Shown here piece after piece: positions 13,388 to 27,200 of a DNA stretch of 64,000 nucleotides. The notes beneath the pieces are model-generated. The model made no database searches and had not been told where the DNA came from. It worked only from the letters and a program-made list of their open reading frames with translations. Every line of letters begins with the position of its first letter. The first letter of the stretch is position 1. Source of the DNA: Glaucostegus cemiculus (lineage: Eukaryota); assembly GCA_976551045.1 (NCBI GenBank), contig CDPCPM010000019.1, positions 4,464,001 through 4,528,000 of the forward strand, read 5' to 3'. Made by a program: the position numbers and the translations under genes.

Positions 13388-14820
13388 TAGAACATTGGGC
13401 AATACAGCTCAGGAACAGGTCCTTTGGCCCATTGTGTCTGCACCAGCCATGATGCCAATCTAAACTCCCATCTGCCCAGATGTGGTCCCTATCCCTCTAT
13501 ACCATGTCTGTACCTGTGTGTCTAAATACCTCTTAAACATGACCACTGTTTCTGCTTCTACCACCTCCCCTGACAGCGTGTTCAAGACACCTACCATTCT
13601 CTGTGTAATAAAAAACTTGCCTTGCACATCTCCCTTAAACTTTTCCCCTCTCATCTTAAACCTATGCCCCCTAGTATTTGACCTTATCTCCCTGAGGAAA
13701 AGACTCTGATTCTCTACCCTATCTGTGCCTCTCATTATTTTATAAACTTCAAAGAAAACAATCCAAGTTTGTCCAACATAGCTAATACAAATCAATTGAG
13801 GCAACATCCTGCTAAACCTGTTCTGCACTCTGTTCAAAGCCTCCATGTCCTTCCTGTAGTGGTGTTGACCAGAATTGGACACAGTGCTCCGAATGGGGCC
13901 TAACTAAATTTTTATACAGCTGGAACGTGATTTAACCAGAGTTTTATACTCAGTGCCCCAGCTGATGAATGCAAGCATGCCGTATGCCTTTTTTGCATTT
14001 GATCTCCCAAAAAATGCCACTCCTCACACTTGTCCGAATTAAACTCCATCTGCCATTTCTCCACCTAAATTTCCAACTGATCTATATCCTGCTGTATCAT
14101 TTGACAACCTTCCTCACTATTCACAACTCTGCCAAGTTTCATGTCATCTGCAAATTTACTAATCAGGCCACCTACATTTTCATCCAGATAGCTTATACAT
14201 ATCACAAACAACAGGGGTCCCAACACTGATTCTTGTGGAACACCACTGCTCACAGACCTCCGGTCAGAGAAACACTCCTCTACCACTATCCTCCATCTTC
14301 TATAACTAAGCCAATTTTGTATCCAGTTTACCAATTCAACATGGATCCCATGTGTCTTAATCTTCTGGACCAGTCTAGCATAAGGGACCTCATCAAATGC
14401 TTTACTCAAGTTCATGTACACCACATCCACTGCCCTACCCTCGTTAATCATCTTCTTCAAAAAAATCATTACATTTGTAACACTTACCCCACACAGAACC
14501 ATGTTGATTTCCCTAATTAGTCTGTGTTTTTTTCAAATGTGAGTAAATCCCGTCCCTAAGACTCTTCTCCAATAATTTCTCTATGACTGATATAAGGATC
14601 ACTGGTCTATAATTTTCTGGTTTGTCCCTGTTGCCTTTTTTAAAAAACAGAGCAAAACTGGCTATTCTCCAGCCTTCTGGAACCTTGTCTGTGGCTAAAA
14701 AGGATAGTGAGATCTCTGCCAAGGCCCCCACATTCTCCTTCATTGCCTCCCTCAGTATCCTGGGTACTTATCCACCTTAATGTTGCTCAATGTACACAAC
14801 ACCCCCTCCTCCTTAACATT
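13388..14820 (-). mobile_element. 5'-truncated CR1-clade LINE (ORF2 fragments)
   Basis: Minus-strand ORFs encode FKKGNRDKPENYRPV, LSKAFDEVPY, SGVPQESVLGPLLF, KFADDMKLG and SNTRGHRFK. Confidence 0.9.
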
Positions 14821-16849
14821 GACCTTTAGTTTTATTTGCTAAAATTAAGTATCTTGGGAAATATCAACCATGTTTGACATAAAACAGTTGTGTAAAATTG
14901 TTGAACATTTATTGTCTTATTTAGTACAGAACTTATTTCTGTTAAGCACTACAGTGCAACTCATTAAAGCATTGATAAATCTAATGGCCCAGGATAGAAA
15001 ATAGATTCTTCCACTTAGTATGTTTGAAAAAGATGATCTGTCCAATGTAATAAGACACTCAACAATCCAGTAAAGCATTTACTGAAAGTGTTTATTATGT
15101 TGGAAATCTATTTGATGATATCAGTATGCAATCTTTGTACTCCCTTTTCACTAGTATCTTAAAATGCTGTAATTACTTTTCTACTCTTGAATTCTATAGC
15201 ATGTTACCAAAAGGAATTCTTGAAAAATATTCATCCAGCATTTGCTGCCAAAAATACAATGAGTTTAAGGTGTATATCATTATTAATGTGTCAAGGAAGA
15301 GAAGCCCCTTGAGTTTAGAATCACTGCAAACAGTTGAACCATTATGGGCCATTGCACCAATAGCCTTGTGAAAATCATAGCCTTTCCTCAAACTTTCTGT
15401 GGTGTTTCAAGAAATTGCTCCATTTGCACATTCATTACCAATTAAGCTTACAGCAAAAAGTCAGGGCAAATACAGAAAACAGGAGAACTCTTTTAATGAT
15501 GAGATTTATGTTCCTGGAATGTGTCAGAACCAGAAAACAAACAACTGAAATTGAAGAGTTTCATCCATACAGGTGGAAAATGGCTGTTAGAAATGATTAA
15601 AACAAATCCTAAAAATTACATTTCTTACTTTATCATTGTACTTTTCCTGATTTTCATTAAATTTTACATTTTCCTCCCTTACTTCTCATTCACCATCTTC
15701 TTTTGTTGGTCTTTCTTCCTCAACCCTCAAGTCTCTTGGTTAAGGAGAATAAATTTTTGATCCATTGTCTACTGAGGTACACCTCACCACTCCTTTATCG
15801 GTTCATACTTCCAGTAATTTTCAGCTCAAAATTTGCAAGTATGCCAGCTGAGAGGAGTGGTGGTCTTACCACCATACCTTTGACAAGGTGCAGATGTGGA
15901 TTTGGTGAGAAATATAGGAAAGATTAAAGAGATAGTTATTGATGCAAGTGGATGTGGTTTTAATGGAAAAATTAACAAAATTATGAAGGGAATTTACCAA
16001 TTTTTTATGCAAGGAAATTCAACCAAGAATCATTCAAGTACCAGACAACTAAAAGTAAGACTAAAATCAAATGAAACATTTTTTTTTCCAAAGCTGCAAT
16101 GCACATAGGAAATATTGATTGAATATAAGCTGAAGAGGCAATGAAAGAATGTTTTAGAATATGGTAAATCAGAAGACATACAGATTATTGTTATGTAATT
16201 ATCCATTCTGAGTCTCAGTTGCTAGTATTCTTGCATATGAAACATGTGGATGTTGTTGCTGGTGAATGTCATGGCTCCAAACTGGCAACTCACCTTTACC
16301 TAATTAAATGGTAACAAGTCCAGGACATGTGTAGTCAAATACGTGTTTTGTATCTGTTGAGTCCACTCCGCAGCTGGAGTCCTGTAGGAGAGTTCAATTT
16401 CGCTCAGATTCTCCAGCATTTATAGTGGGGAGTTGGCTCTAGGCTCTCAGACTCTGCACCAGAGTGCAGGATCCATGATCTAATTGATTTCAATGGGTAG
16501 AGTAAGGCGACAGGAAAAGAATCAAAGGAAAAGCTAAGTTTTTTTTTTAATTAGTTTGGTTTTGTTCAACATCGTAATGCAGTTGGTTTTAATAGTTTTA
16601 GAAATATTTATTTACTTGTAAACATTTTTGGTGTTTCTCAATGATATTAAATATCTGGTGGTTTTGACAGGTGGCAAAGCTGGGTCTAGGACTTTGCCAG
16701 CTATCAAAGGCCATTAGAAATGTTTTGGGGGGTAAGGCTTCCTCTATGCTCCATCTGCTGTTCTTGCTGTTCCTCAAATCAGGTGCCAGAGTCCTGTATG
16801 CTTCTGAATAGAATGATGGTCTGTCTGCATGTAGATCAGACCAGTTCAT

Positions 16850-17012
16850 GTGTGGGATGATCATTGGTGTGTTTGGGCAGTCACTCTTCTTCAAAGCAAA
16901 GCCACAGGGTGTTCTTGCGTCCACTTGTTTTGATGGAAAGGCTTCAGTTTAACATCTCACCTGAAAGACAGCACCTCCAGCAGTGCTGCATTCACTCAAT
17001 GCTGCACTCATG
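16850..17012 (-). mobile_element. DeuSINE (SacSINE1/AmnSINE1-type Deu domain) fragment
   Basis: 'ggcttcagtttaacatctcacctgaaagacagcacctcc...' is the reverse complement of a CpG-decayed Deu-domain core ('GGTGCCGTCTTTCGGATGAGACGTTAAACCGAGG'). The consensus is recalled from memory. Confidence 0.6.
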
Positions 17013-17429
17013 TACCTGCTTATATTTTTAGTAGTCAATGATTCATTTTGTCAGCCTATGAAGTTTATTGAGAAATTTTATTTACTTGTACCTGAATGAA
17101 CCACCTCATAGATATTTTCTGTTTACCAAGAAACTGGAGAAAACTCATAATATTTCAACCCAAAATCTGTTCACAAAAACCTGGAAGATGTATTTCTGAA
17201 TTTCTTCATGAGATATGGCTTACAATGATAAAACCGAGTAACTACCATATGTTCAAACTAACGACTCTTTGTGTACAAGGGGAACTGGTCATAGTCTAAA
17301 TAGTACAATATTCTCAACACCAAAAAGTTACAGGAAAGTGAATCACAGAAATTTACAGCATTGGAGATGGTTATATGGTCCAATATGATTAATTCAGATT
17401 AAAAGAACCATTCAGTATAATCCCACTGA

Positions 17430-17545
17430 ATAGCAAAAACTAGCATATGCTGAAAATCAGAAATAAAATTCTGATAAAAGGTCATCAACCTGAAATGTCA
17501 ATTTTCTTTTTTTCTCCACAGATGCTGCCTGACTTGCTTGGTATC
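17430..17545 (+). mobile_element. Penelope-type terminal-repeat fragment with a degenerate hammerhead-like core
   Basis: CTGATAA-A-AGGT-CATCA-ACCT-GAAATGTC at 17471-17499, followed by 'ttctccacagatgctgcctgacttgc'. Confidence 0.55.
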
Positions 17546-17574
17546 TTTGGCCTAAATCCATACTTCATTCTTAG

Positions 17575-18600
17575 TCAGTAGTTCTGTAGGTTAAGTACAT
17601 CACGAACATAATCAAGCACTTCTTAAAAATGCTGGCAATTTCTGCCTCCACCATCACTTCACACAGTGAGTTCCAGGCATCTTACACTCCCTGGGTGAAA
17701 AATTCCCAACAGTCCTCTAATATTTCTATGAATTACTACAAAATATGTGTCCTCTGGCTGTTGACCTCTTGGTTAAGAGAAAACGATCCTTCCTATCCAA
17801 CTAGACTCTAACTAGGCTCCTTATAATTTTACGCACTCCAGTTAAATCGATCCTCAGCCTACTCTGTTAAAAAAAACTTCTGCATACCCACTCTTACTTT
17901 GCAGCTAAAATTCTTCTCTCTAGGTAACATCCCCATAAATCTCAAATTATTCACGTCTTTCTTGAAATGTGAATCTTAATGAAATCTATAAGATTACAAG
18001 GGAGCATGACAAGCTAAATGCTGCGAGGATGCTTCCCCTTGTTGGGCAAGGTGTAGGGACTGACTCACTAAATGTATTCATTGCTGAGATAGACAGATTT
18101 TACATCCATGTGGGAGTGAAAGTTTATGGAGAGCAGGCAAGAGAGTGGAGCCGAGGCCAAGACCAAATCAGCCATGATCTTATCGAAAAGCAGGGTTGAA
18201 GGACCATATGGTATCCTCTTGCTCCTGTTTCCTATGTTCAAATGTGCTGTTTGTTATTCTGTTTTGCACTAGAATAGCCAACCTGACTCATATATTTACA
18301 TCTCTGTTAATAAAAGAAGGTATCCCACATGGTTTCTTATCTCTGTTCTCACTTTCACAAATCTGTGTACTTGTACTCCAAGGTTCCATTTTTCCTCTAC
18401 ACTTCTGGGCTCCCACCATTTATTCCGTATTCCATTTCTTATTTGCCATTCCCAAATCCATAACCTCACACAATTTGGCATTGGATTCCAGAGTGAAGAA
18501 GCTTCCTTACCTGGATAATTTGTTTCTTCCTCTCTTCTACTACAGGTTCCCTATTGGAATATGTTTCCAAGAAGTAAGTTCCGCCTCCAATACTTGATCT
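17575..18600. mobile_element. Cluster of decayed CR1 fragments in both orientations
   Basis: The + ORF 17969-18199 (LNEIYKITREHDKLNAARMLPLVG...FIAEIDRF) is a CR1 C-terminus. Minus-strand relics lie at 17575-17940 and 18270-18590. Confidence 0.65.
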
Positions 18601-19274
18601 GGATTATTCAAGTGCAAGTCTTGCCAGTGATGAAGGTGAACCGACATCTTGCTACCTGACAATTAATCCCAAGATTAATCATTTCCCCAGTGATATACAT
18701 TGTTTTCAACAAGGGCCAATGGAGCTCAAAAATAGGAACTCCGATTGATTGTTTGATTAGCATTCCAGAATTGTCATTTGTGGACATCTTTCTTCCATTA
18801 CCAGAGATCAAGTAACATAATCCAGTTTTCTGCCATGATTTCCCATCCACTTAGCTTGACAGATGTGGAGGCCTATTCCCCCTGGCCCTTGTATCCTGGA
18901 GTCTAGCAGGGCTTTTGTCAATGGATTGAGGAGGTCCCACTCATAGAATACCTTTGACAGTTATCAAAGCAAGAGGTGGGTCCCTGTTGGAGTTAATGGG
19001 GTTTCTGATCTTATGTCTAACAATGACACAGGATTCAAATGGCGATCCCAGCATAATTCAGGGATATTGCATCAACCCTGGACTTTGGCTCTGGACTCCA
19101 TGTAAAAATCAAACTGTCCAATTCTGTGCTCTGAATTTGGATCAGATAGTGCATGCTGTATTTTTTATGCTTAAATATCTGTGGTTTCAATTGAATCTAC
19201 CGGCAAAAGCCAGCATGATACGGCCCAATAAAGGCCAAGTTTCAACCTGGGAATATCATTATCTGAATAGCTCA

Positions 19275-19820
19275 ATATCACACTTGGAATATTGTGTTCA
19301 GTTTTAGTCACTGTGTTGTAGGAATATGCTATTAAACTGGAAAGAGCGCAGAAAAGATTTGCAGGAGTATTGCCAGGACTTGAGGGACTGAGTTATAGGG
19401 AGAAGTTGGTCAAGCTCAGACTCTTTTCATTGGAGCATAGGACATTGAGAGGTGATCTTATAGAGGTGTATAAGATCATGAGGGGCATAGATGGGGTGAA
19501 TGCACTCAGTCTTTTTCCCAGGTTTGGGGAATCAAGAAGTAGAGGGCATAGGTTTAAGGTGAGAGGTGGAAGATTTAATAGGAGATTGAGGGGCAACTCT
19601 TTTTTTAACCCACAGAGGGTGGTCTGTATGTGGAATGAGCTGCCACAGGAAGTGGTTGAGGCAGATTCAATAACAACATTTAAAAGACACTTGGACAGGT
19701 ACATGGATAGGAAAGGTTTAGAAGGTTACGGACCAAATGCTGGCAGATTGGACTAGCTTGGATGGGGCATCTTGGTCGGCATGGACCAGTTGGGCCAGAG
19801 GGTGTGTTTCTGTGACTCCA
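19275..19820 (+). mobile_element. CR1 LINE 3' end
   Basis: HLEYCVQF, then ORF 19370-19756 (PGLEGLSYREKL...RGDLIEVYKIMRG...SRGHRFKV...GYGPNAG) and a CR1-type 3'UTR. Confidence 0.9.
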
Positions 19821-20040
19821 TAAAAGACTTTTAAACAAGATATTTGGTATATCGGAAGATCCCCACTTTTTTGCCCTTCGATGTATCATAAAATTTCATG
19901 TTCCACCCTTCCTTAAAAAGTAAATCTAACTTCAACTTCTCAATAAACAATAATATAATTACTGCCAAAACCATGAGGAGACAGGAAAAGAACTGCAGGA
20001 ACAAACTACTCCAAGTTCAATCTGGAATGAATAAAAGCAG

Positions 20041-20046
20041 TTTATT
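20041..20046 (-). terminator. Candidate distal polyadenylation signal (AATAAA) of ONECUT2
   Basis: TTTATT on the + strand. Downstream on the - strand lies U/GU-rich 'gtagtttgttcctgcagttcttttcctgtctc'. It sits where unique sequence gives way to the LINE-rich region. Confidence 0.5.
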
Positions 20047-21853
20047 GGACAATAATTGCAGAATTTACAGCACTACCATTTGATGATAGCGAAAATTTAA
20101 AAAACAATTTAAAAAAAACATATTCCAGCATGATGCAGACAACACTTATGCATCTGATGGAGGGCATATGTTTAAACAGCAAGAAAACAGTATACAAACA
20201 AGCAACGGAAACTAAAGTATTGGGAACCTATCAAAGGTTTTTAAAGTGCCCGGATACATCAACATCAACGACAATAAAAGCTTAAACTATGCAATAGTTG
20301 AAACACGTAACACTGATACAGCAGGTTGTAACTCGCGTTTTACACAGCTACGGATATTGCACAGCGTCAGGCGCAAACATTAAGCTTAATAAATAATAAA
20401 AACATGAGAAGAACTTAACTAACAATGAGCATTGTGTGTTTATTTAGAACAATTAATTAAAGGAGAATGTGAGTTTACGCAAAAAAATTGTATTTTTAAT
20501 CATACTGCTAGAGGAATGAAAACAGTTACTGTCAAAGTTTGTTCTGTTTATCCACTTTTTGCAAACACTAACAGGCAGGCAGGTAGAATTCTGCACAATT
20601 GTATTTTTGACTTTTTTTCCTTTGCATAGTCTTGAAAAGCACACTTTATAAATGCTGTTTGTGATTCCTTGTGCTATAACACCCACATATAAAGTATGAA
20701 ATTTAGTTCAAACTTATTTAAGTATTGAAAGGTGAACAGCGCAAAGTTAGCAAGGACTGAGAAGGCCCACTGAGGAGGCTGCCGTAGTGACAGTGCTATA
20801 TCAATGGTCAGGTTTTACAGCAGAAAGCAGTTTGACACCTTATACTCATCACTGAGTTAGACTGGAGAAGTGTCTGGTCTCTGTCTGGAAACATCCCAAA
20901 TGAGGTTATTTTAAATTATTTAAACTGTTGTTGAGTAGTGGGGCAGTTATGGTGGCATATATTCTATACCATTGGCTCTACAGGGTTAATGGGCTGTACA
21001 GATTCTGTTAAGCTATTCAATCAGTATTACTCATTCATATTCAGAGTACACCTCTCACCACACACTGAGGCCACAATTTTAGTGTGAGCAGAAACTATAC
21101 TGGTATCTGGGACGACAGATGGGCACTGAAAGTGTGGCCTAAGTTGCCAAGAGACTAAAAGGCAGAACAGGTTGATTATTTTTTTAATACCAGCTTCCCA
21201 ATCTAATCAGATGCCATGGAAACAGGACAGCCATGCAATGAACCTCAAGACTGGATACTTCACGAGCCATAGCATACAACTTACATGCAAGTTCCCTGGC
21301 ACCTTTGCACTTATCACCTGTCTTAGGGCACGCTGGGTTTCTCAGATATCTCCATCCAACATTCACGGAATGGACTCCCAGTGATTCCAAATAATAAGTG
21401 CCTGCCATCATATTCAGAGTGAAACACAAGCCATTCAACAGCCACCAATGCACACCCCAACAAATGATTCCACCCCATAGTTACTCCTATTTTGCACAGC
21501 GTTGAACTTTGTTGAACAATAGTGACATTATAAACTCTGGGAATGGAATGATGATACAGTGACCACTTCATTAACATTAAATAAAGATAAAAATTTAAAG
21601 ATTTTTTAGAATATTTTTAATAATACAGCATCTGATGCTGAACTAAATTAAAAGCAGATGACCTCATATGGTTCCTTCAGCATGAATCACCCTGCAGTCA
21701 CTCCAGTACAAGAAAATGGATGTATCATGGGTGCATCCAATGATAAGGTGTGATAACTCCAAAGCAGGTTTAAATGAATGTTGATAACAAAATAAAGCAA
21801 TGAAACAGTAATGAAAATAAACTAAATGTATCAAAATAATACTTCAGACTTTC

Positions 21854-23230
21854 TGTGGTTTTATCCAAGAGACTCATTATTATTTCATTGCCCAATGGTT
21901 TTAACTTTGTTTATTAATTTCAGGGAGGGGAAAATTATATTTCAAAAGCAATTTGAAATTTCTATGAGGTTTCCACATATTGCTTTCATTCTCAATTTAA
22001 TTGTACTGTAACTCAAGATATTGTTTTCAGGGTGCAAGGTTATGTTCAAAGTCCCTCAACATATTCCCTACTCCCTATTTACAGCTAGATACACTCTCAT
22101 CCAGTGGCATGTTTCTAATGTTGCTAATTGATTAAACACTGTGTGCTGGAATTTAATTGACAGGTTAATACACCCCCTCCTTCTTCAACAAGATAACATT
22201 ATTTAAAGGAACCTCTTTCTCCGTTACAGATCCACCTGCTTTGAAGATGAAGATTATTCTGTTCTTATTCCAGAATACTTCAAGGTTGGACCAAAAGACA
22301 TTTTTCTTGTTAACTAATACTTATATCCTGCCTGCAGAATAGTTAATTGCATACAAATAAGAAGATACTCACAGTAAGGATTATATGAGAAATGAATAGT
22401 TAGGGATGGACCTGAAAATATTGGACAAAGTCCCCTGATATAATAATAGCAATCATAATTGACATTGTAATAAGTAATCGAGTCATAAGCAAAATCATTT
22501 TAAAAACATGTATTGAGATGACAGGGATATATTAGACATATAGTGATTGCAAAGATTTCATTATTTTTTGTAAACAGCAATTGAATACTAATTCAATATT
22601 TCTTACAAACAGCTATACCAAGCAGTGGATAGCAAGTATAATTGAGAAATCTGTGGATTTTTTTATTGTAGGAATTGGCAAACTTCAGACAGCACATTAG
22701 AACAGTAATTGAATTAAAATGGTGCAAATGTGCAGCTTTGGATTATAAAGATTCCAAGGTGTTCACATCAATAAATTGCATAACTGAATATCTTATATTT
22801 TTTCAAATGATTTTTAATATTACTTAACAGTACGAACAAATAGCTTGAAGAGAACAGGATTCAGTCCTGGAGATGAAACTAAAATGTTGTTAAGAGATAT
22901 AATCAGAATTCATGTTTCTTTTCCAGAAGAAAAATGTTCATGATCACAAATGTGACAACTCTGAATTTATTACATGTCCCAAAAGATTGGGAAAATCATA
23001 TATTCTTAACTTTTCAGCATAACCTGCTATTTCTTTGGCTTTATTTGTTTGGAGATTTCATTTCATTGTGGTTTTATCCAAGAGACTCATTATTATTTCA
23101 TTGCCCAATGGTTTTTGCTTTGTTTATTAATTTCAGAGAGGGAAATCGATATTTCAAAATTAACTTGAAATTTCTATTAGGTTTCCACATTTTAATTCTC
23201 AGATCATTGTGCCTCCTGAAATTAAGATTG
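21854..23230. repeat. Dispersed direct duplication of ~170 bp (21854-22020 and 23067-23230)
   Basis: The first 49 bp are identical (tgtggttttatccaagagactcattattatttcattgcccaatggtttt), then the copies diverge progressively. Confidence 0.9.
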
Positions 23231-23954
23231 TCTATGGATTCTCTGAAGTGCAGTATCTGCTGAGGTCCAGAGTGACCTGTGATTGGCAGCCCAGTTTCAC
23301 AAGATTATTTTGATTAAAGTTTTGAAAACACTTTTGATGGATTTGTCAAGTTAATTTGCAAACTTATCATCACTGATGGTTATAAGAATCCAAATATTTT
23401 ATTTCTTATTAGCCATATTCTCTCATTTGCAAGTAAGACTTCAATTATATTTTTAAAAAATACATGGGAAGTTTTTGTAATACTGTTAAGAATAGAAACT
23501 TAAGCTAGCATTTTGGTACAGATTTTCTCAGAATTGGGAAGGAAAAGGAGAGTGAGCTTCACATATGGACACAATCTAATATGGAGTTCTACTTATTTAA
23601 CACAGAATCTCTCAAACAAGGTTGCTTCCACTCAAGGTATAGAAAATGAAACAAAGCTGACTTAGTCCACCTGACCAATCTGTGAAATGCAATATATAAA
23701 TTACTACTTCACTATTTTCTCTCATGCCCTTCAATCACCTTCTCTCCCAATTCAAACCAATTTCTTTTTCAATTTGCAACACTACCTTCCACTATTGTCT
23801 CTGTATCATCTGCTCTGCATTGTCAACACCAGTAGTTCACCCCCAATGTTTTTTTCACCTTGAGCTTGACCTCATACCTCACTAGCTCTACTTATTGTGA
23901 TTATGCCAAACATATCCAGCTTAATCAATTGCTATTACTAATATTGTTATTTAT

Positions 23955-24270
23955 TCTTAGGATGTGGATATCACCAACAAGGGTAGCATTTTGTGCACAT
24001 TCCTAACTTCCCTTAGAAAGGGGGAAATGACCTGTCTTTTTGAATTAGCGCAATCCATGTGGCCATGCGGCAATCCATGTGGATTTTGAATCAGCAGCAA
24101 GTAATGACAATGTATTTCCAAGTCTGGATGGTATGTGACTTGGAGAGGGACTTGTAGTTGGTGGCGTTATCATATACATGCTGCTATGCCTAGGTGATAG
24201 AGGTTGCACATTTGGGAGGTAATGCCAAGAAAGCCTTAGCAGGTTACTGCATTGCTTCTTGTAAATGACA
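23955..24270. mobile_element. Old chondrichthyan interspersed repeat fragment
   Basis: 'ggatgtggatatcaccaacaagggtagcattttgtgcacattcctaacttcccttag' has a related copy at ~58530-58580 ('ggacgtggacatcgttggcaagggcgacatttatcgtctattcttaatt'). Confidence 0.5.
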
Positions 24271-27200
24271 CATTTCTTTTTTAAATAGACAATAATTTAA
24301 CATATGGGTTCCTCTTGTCTACTACTTTGATGCATGCATCAAACTACTTTAAGTAAATATATTAACAAATAGAAGGCGATTGTATCAATGTACAAAGTAT
24401 TCATCTGCTAATATAATGGCACTGTGATCTTCAGGTTAGTGAACCTCTTGGTGTAACCTCATGCTACTGAAAATTCACCTCCGTGGAATGACTCTGACTA
24501 AGAGTCAAAGCCAAAAGGAGATTGGAAGATATCAACTTGCCCCTCATTTTTTTTTAGTGAGATAGGGAAGATGTCAGAAATTGAAGTAGGAAGCATGATA
24601 AAAGAACAACAGTAAACATAACACAGAAAGGATGTCATGAGCGATGAAGAAGAGGTACAAACCATCTTAACACATCCATAGATATTAAAAGAATCAATCA
24701 CAGCAAATTCATTCTTAAGACCAAAAGCTACTTTCCTCCCAGTCAGTTTGCAATGTTGGAGATACAGTCTGCCTCTCAATCCAGGCTCATTTGTAAAGAA
24801 ACTGACAGGAGTAGAAAAGTAAGTGCATTAGTGATTACGTTAACAATTGAGTCACAGGAAACCACAACTACTAGGACCCACTATGGATATTTTAACCTAC
24901 CTCATCAGGTGGAAAAACATCAGAAATGGATGGAATACCAGTTTTCCACTCCGCCCAACATTGCTCTCCATTGGCGAATAGTATCAGGCTGCTTGGAAAA
25001 CTAGTGTTGTTCCTGATTTTTTTCAGCTTCCCTATGGGAATGTAGGATTAAAGTTGCCTCAAAATCAGAAGAATAAGCATCTCCCAAGCCTTTGAATGCT
25101 CTGCAATCACTCATTGGTGAATGTTAAGAGTAAGAGAACAATTGTATTCTTAACAATTGTCACATTATGTTTACTGAAGCTCTGTTGACTTAGATTTAAA
25201 CAAAATGCAAAAAAAATCTAATCTGGGCATGCATTAGTCAATAATAATCAAGTCCCTTTAGTGTGTATTGATTATTACACAAACAACCTTTGCATCAACT
25301 CACATCTCCTATTATGTTCATCAAACTTTTAAAATTATAAGGAAAACATTCAAATCCTTTTGTTCAAGGATTTCAGTGAGATTTGAACCAGTAATCTTAG
25401 CCAAATCAAATTTGAAAAATATAGGTATTAGAAATGTGTTTTTACACAAGGAGTCACACTTTTATCCTAAGGAAGAACACTAATAATTTTCTGGAAGAGA
25501 AAAAAAATACACATATATGAACAAACAACTGCTGACTGCCTCTTCACTGATCTAAACTTATGTACTCCATCCTTGTCTTTGGCAAATAAATAATAAAACA
25601 AAATCACTTCTCTTGATCAGATTGCCAAGAGTGCTAGTTATAAACATCCACACATCAGAAATTTTACCTAATAACTGAATTTATTCTGTTTGGGTGTTAC
25701 CTTAATCTGGAAAATGCTTTCTCTCATAATAGTTATGTCATCCGTTGAAAGCCATTGTAAGTGACAATAGTGTGATTTGGAGAACTGTATTAGCTGTGTG
25801 CAGGACCTGACCTTATGCCAAGTCTTACTTTTGTTTCTTTTTAAATTGACACATTAACACATCCCAATCCCTGTGCGCCAACTTATCCAGTGTATTCAAT
25901 TCAACTGTGTTTGCTTTCACAGTCCAATATATACACAACTGTTCCACAATGTCTAACAAATAACAGGCTCTCATGCATAAATAAAATCTATTTTTAAAAA
26001 AGAAAGAAAACTATTTCCTTAAATTAAAAAATATTACTCTCAATAATCACAATGCATCACCTTTGCTAAATTTTTACAGCTTCATGCATAAAATTATAGC
26101 ACTGTTTGGCAGTTGCTAATTTTAACACTACACTTTCAACACATAACAATTAGTCAATAAATCTATGTAGGACAATGTGGAAATAAACGCATCTTAAATG
26201 CACATACACACGCACACAAAGAAAAATAAACAATGGATTGTTTCTTCAGAATATGAAAACTGTAAACTTTGGGCTAGTTCTGCAACTTCCCCAAATTCCA
26301 TGAAACATATACAATCCTTCCATAAGCGCACCTGTCAACTATTACAAAAATCACAACTTAAAACGTATAAAGCTTTTTTTATATCATAGTCACAGTTACC
26401 AAAAAACGAGTGAATAATTTATTACATATGCTATAATAACATCACTCTAGACACTATTATCTATGAGGTATATCTGAGAAAATTCGGTAAGGAATGCACG
26501 GTCTGCGCTGCCAACCTACTCAATTCAGTTTTTTTTTAAAGCTTTGGTATCTTAAAGAGAAAGAAGATAGAGACTGAGATCGAGAGAAAACTTTGGTATC
26601 TTTGTTTAGTTCTTTGCATGGTTGCATTGCAAAGCACCACAGTATTGGGCTCACCAGCAATAAAAAAATGGTGGCCTTTTGAAGCTGAGGTATTCACAGG
26701 AATAAAAAAATGCACAGAGGTTTCGAAACTGGAAAGAAACACCGCTTTGGTTCAAGCAAGGCACTCGTCCCGTGGTTTATCACACTTTGCAACTAAAGCG
26801 TGCATCTAGATATTAGAAAACAGGTATTTTGGTAATGGCGGGCACTAATTCAGGATGTGTTTTTGTTTATTTTTTTCTGTGCATTAATAAATGGTATATG
26901 ATTTGGGTAAATTACTAATGCTATCGAAGACGAAAAACATTGAACAATCGAGGCACTGGATTGGTTGACATTATCTGAGTACAAATAAGTTCAATTAAAG
27001 TCAAATTAATCTTCCCAGAATAAAAGGGTGCCATTCGCCTGAAATTCCTGTAAAAAAAAATTCAAGACTTGGGAACATTTCACATGATTATACATCAGAG
27101 AGATATTATTTTCTGCTCTAGGGTAGCAAAAATAAACTGAGTTTGTGAGGGTACATTTTATACAAATAGATGCAAGGAATTTTTAATGCAATGAAGTAAT

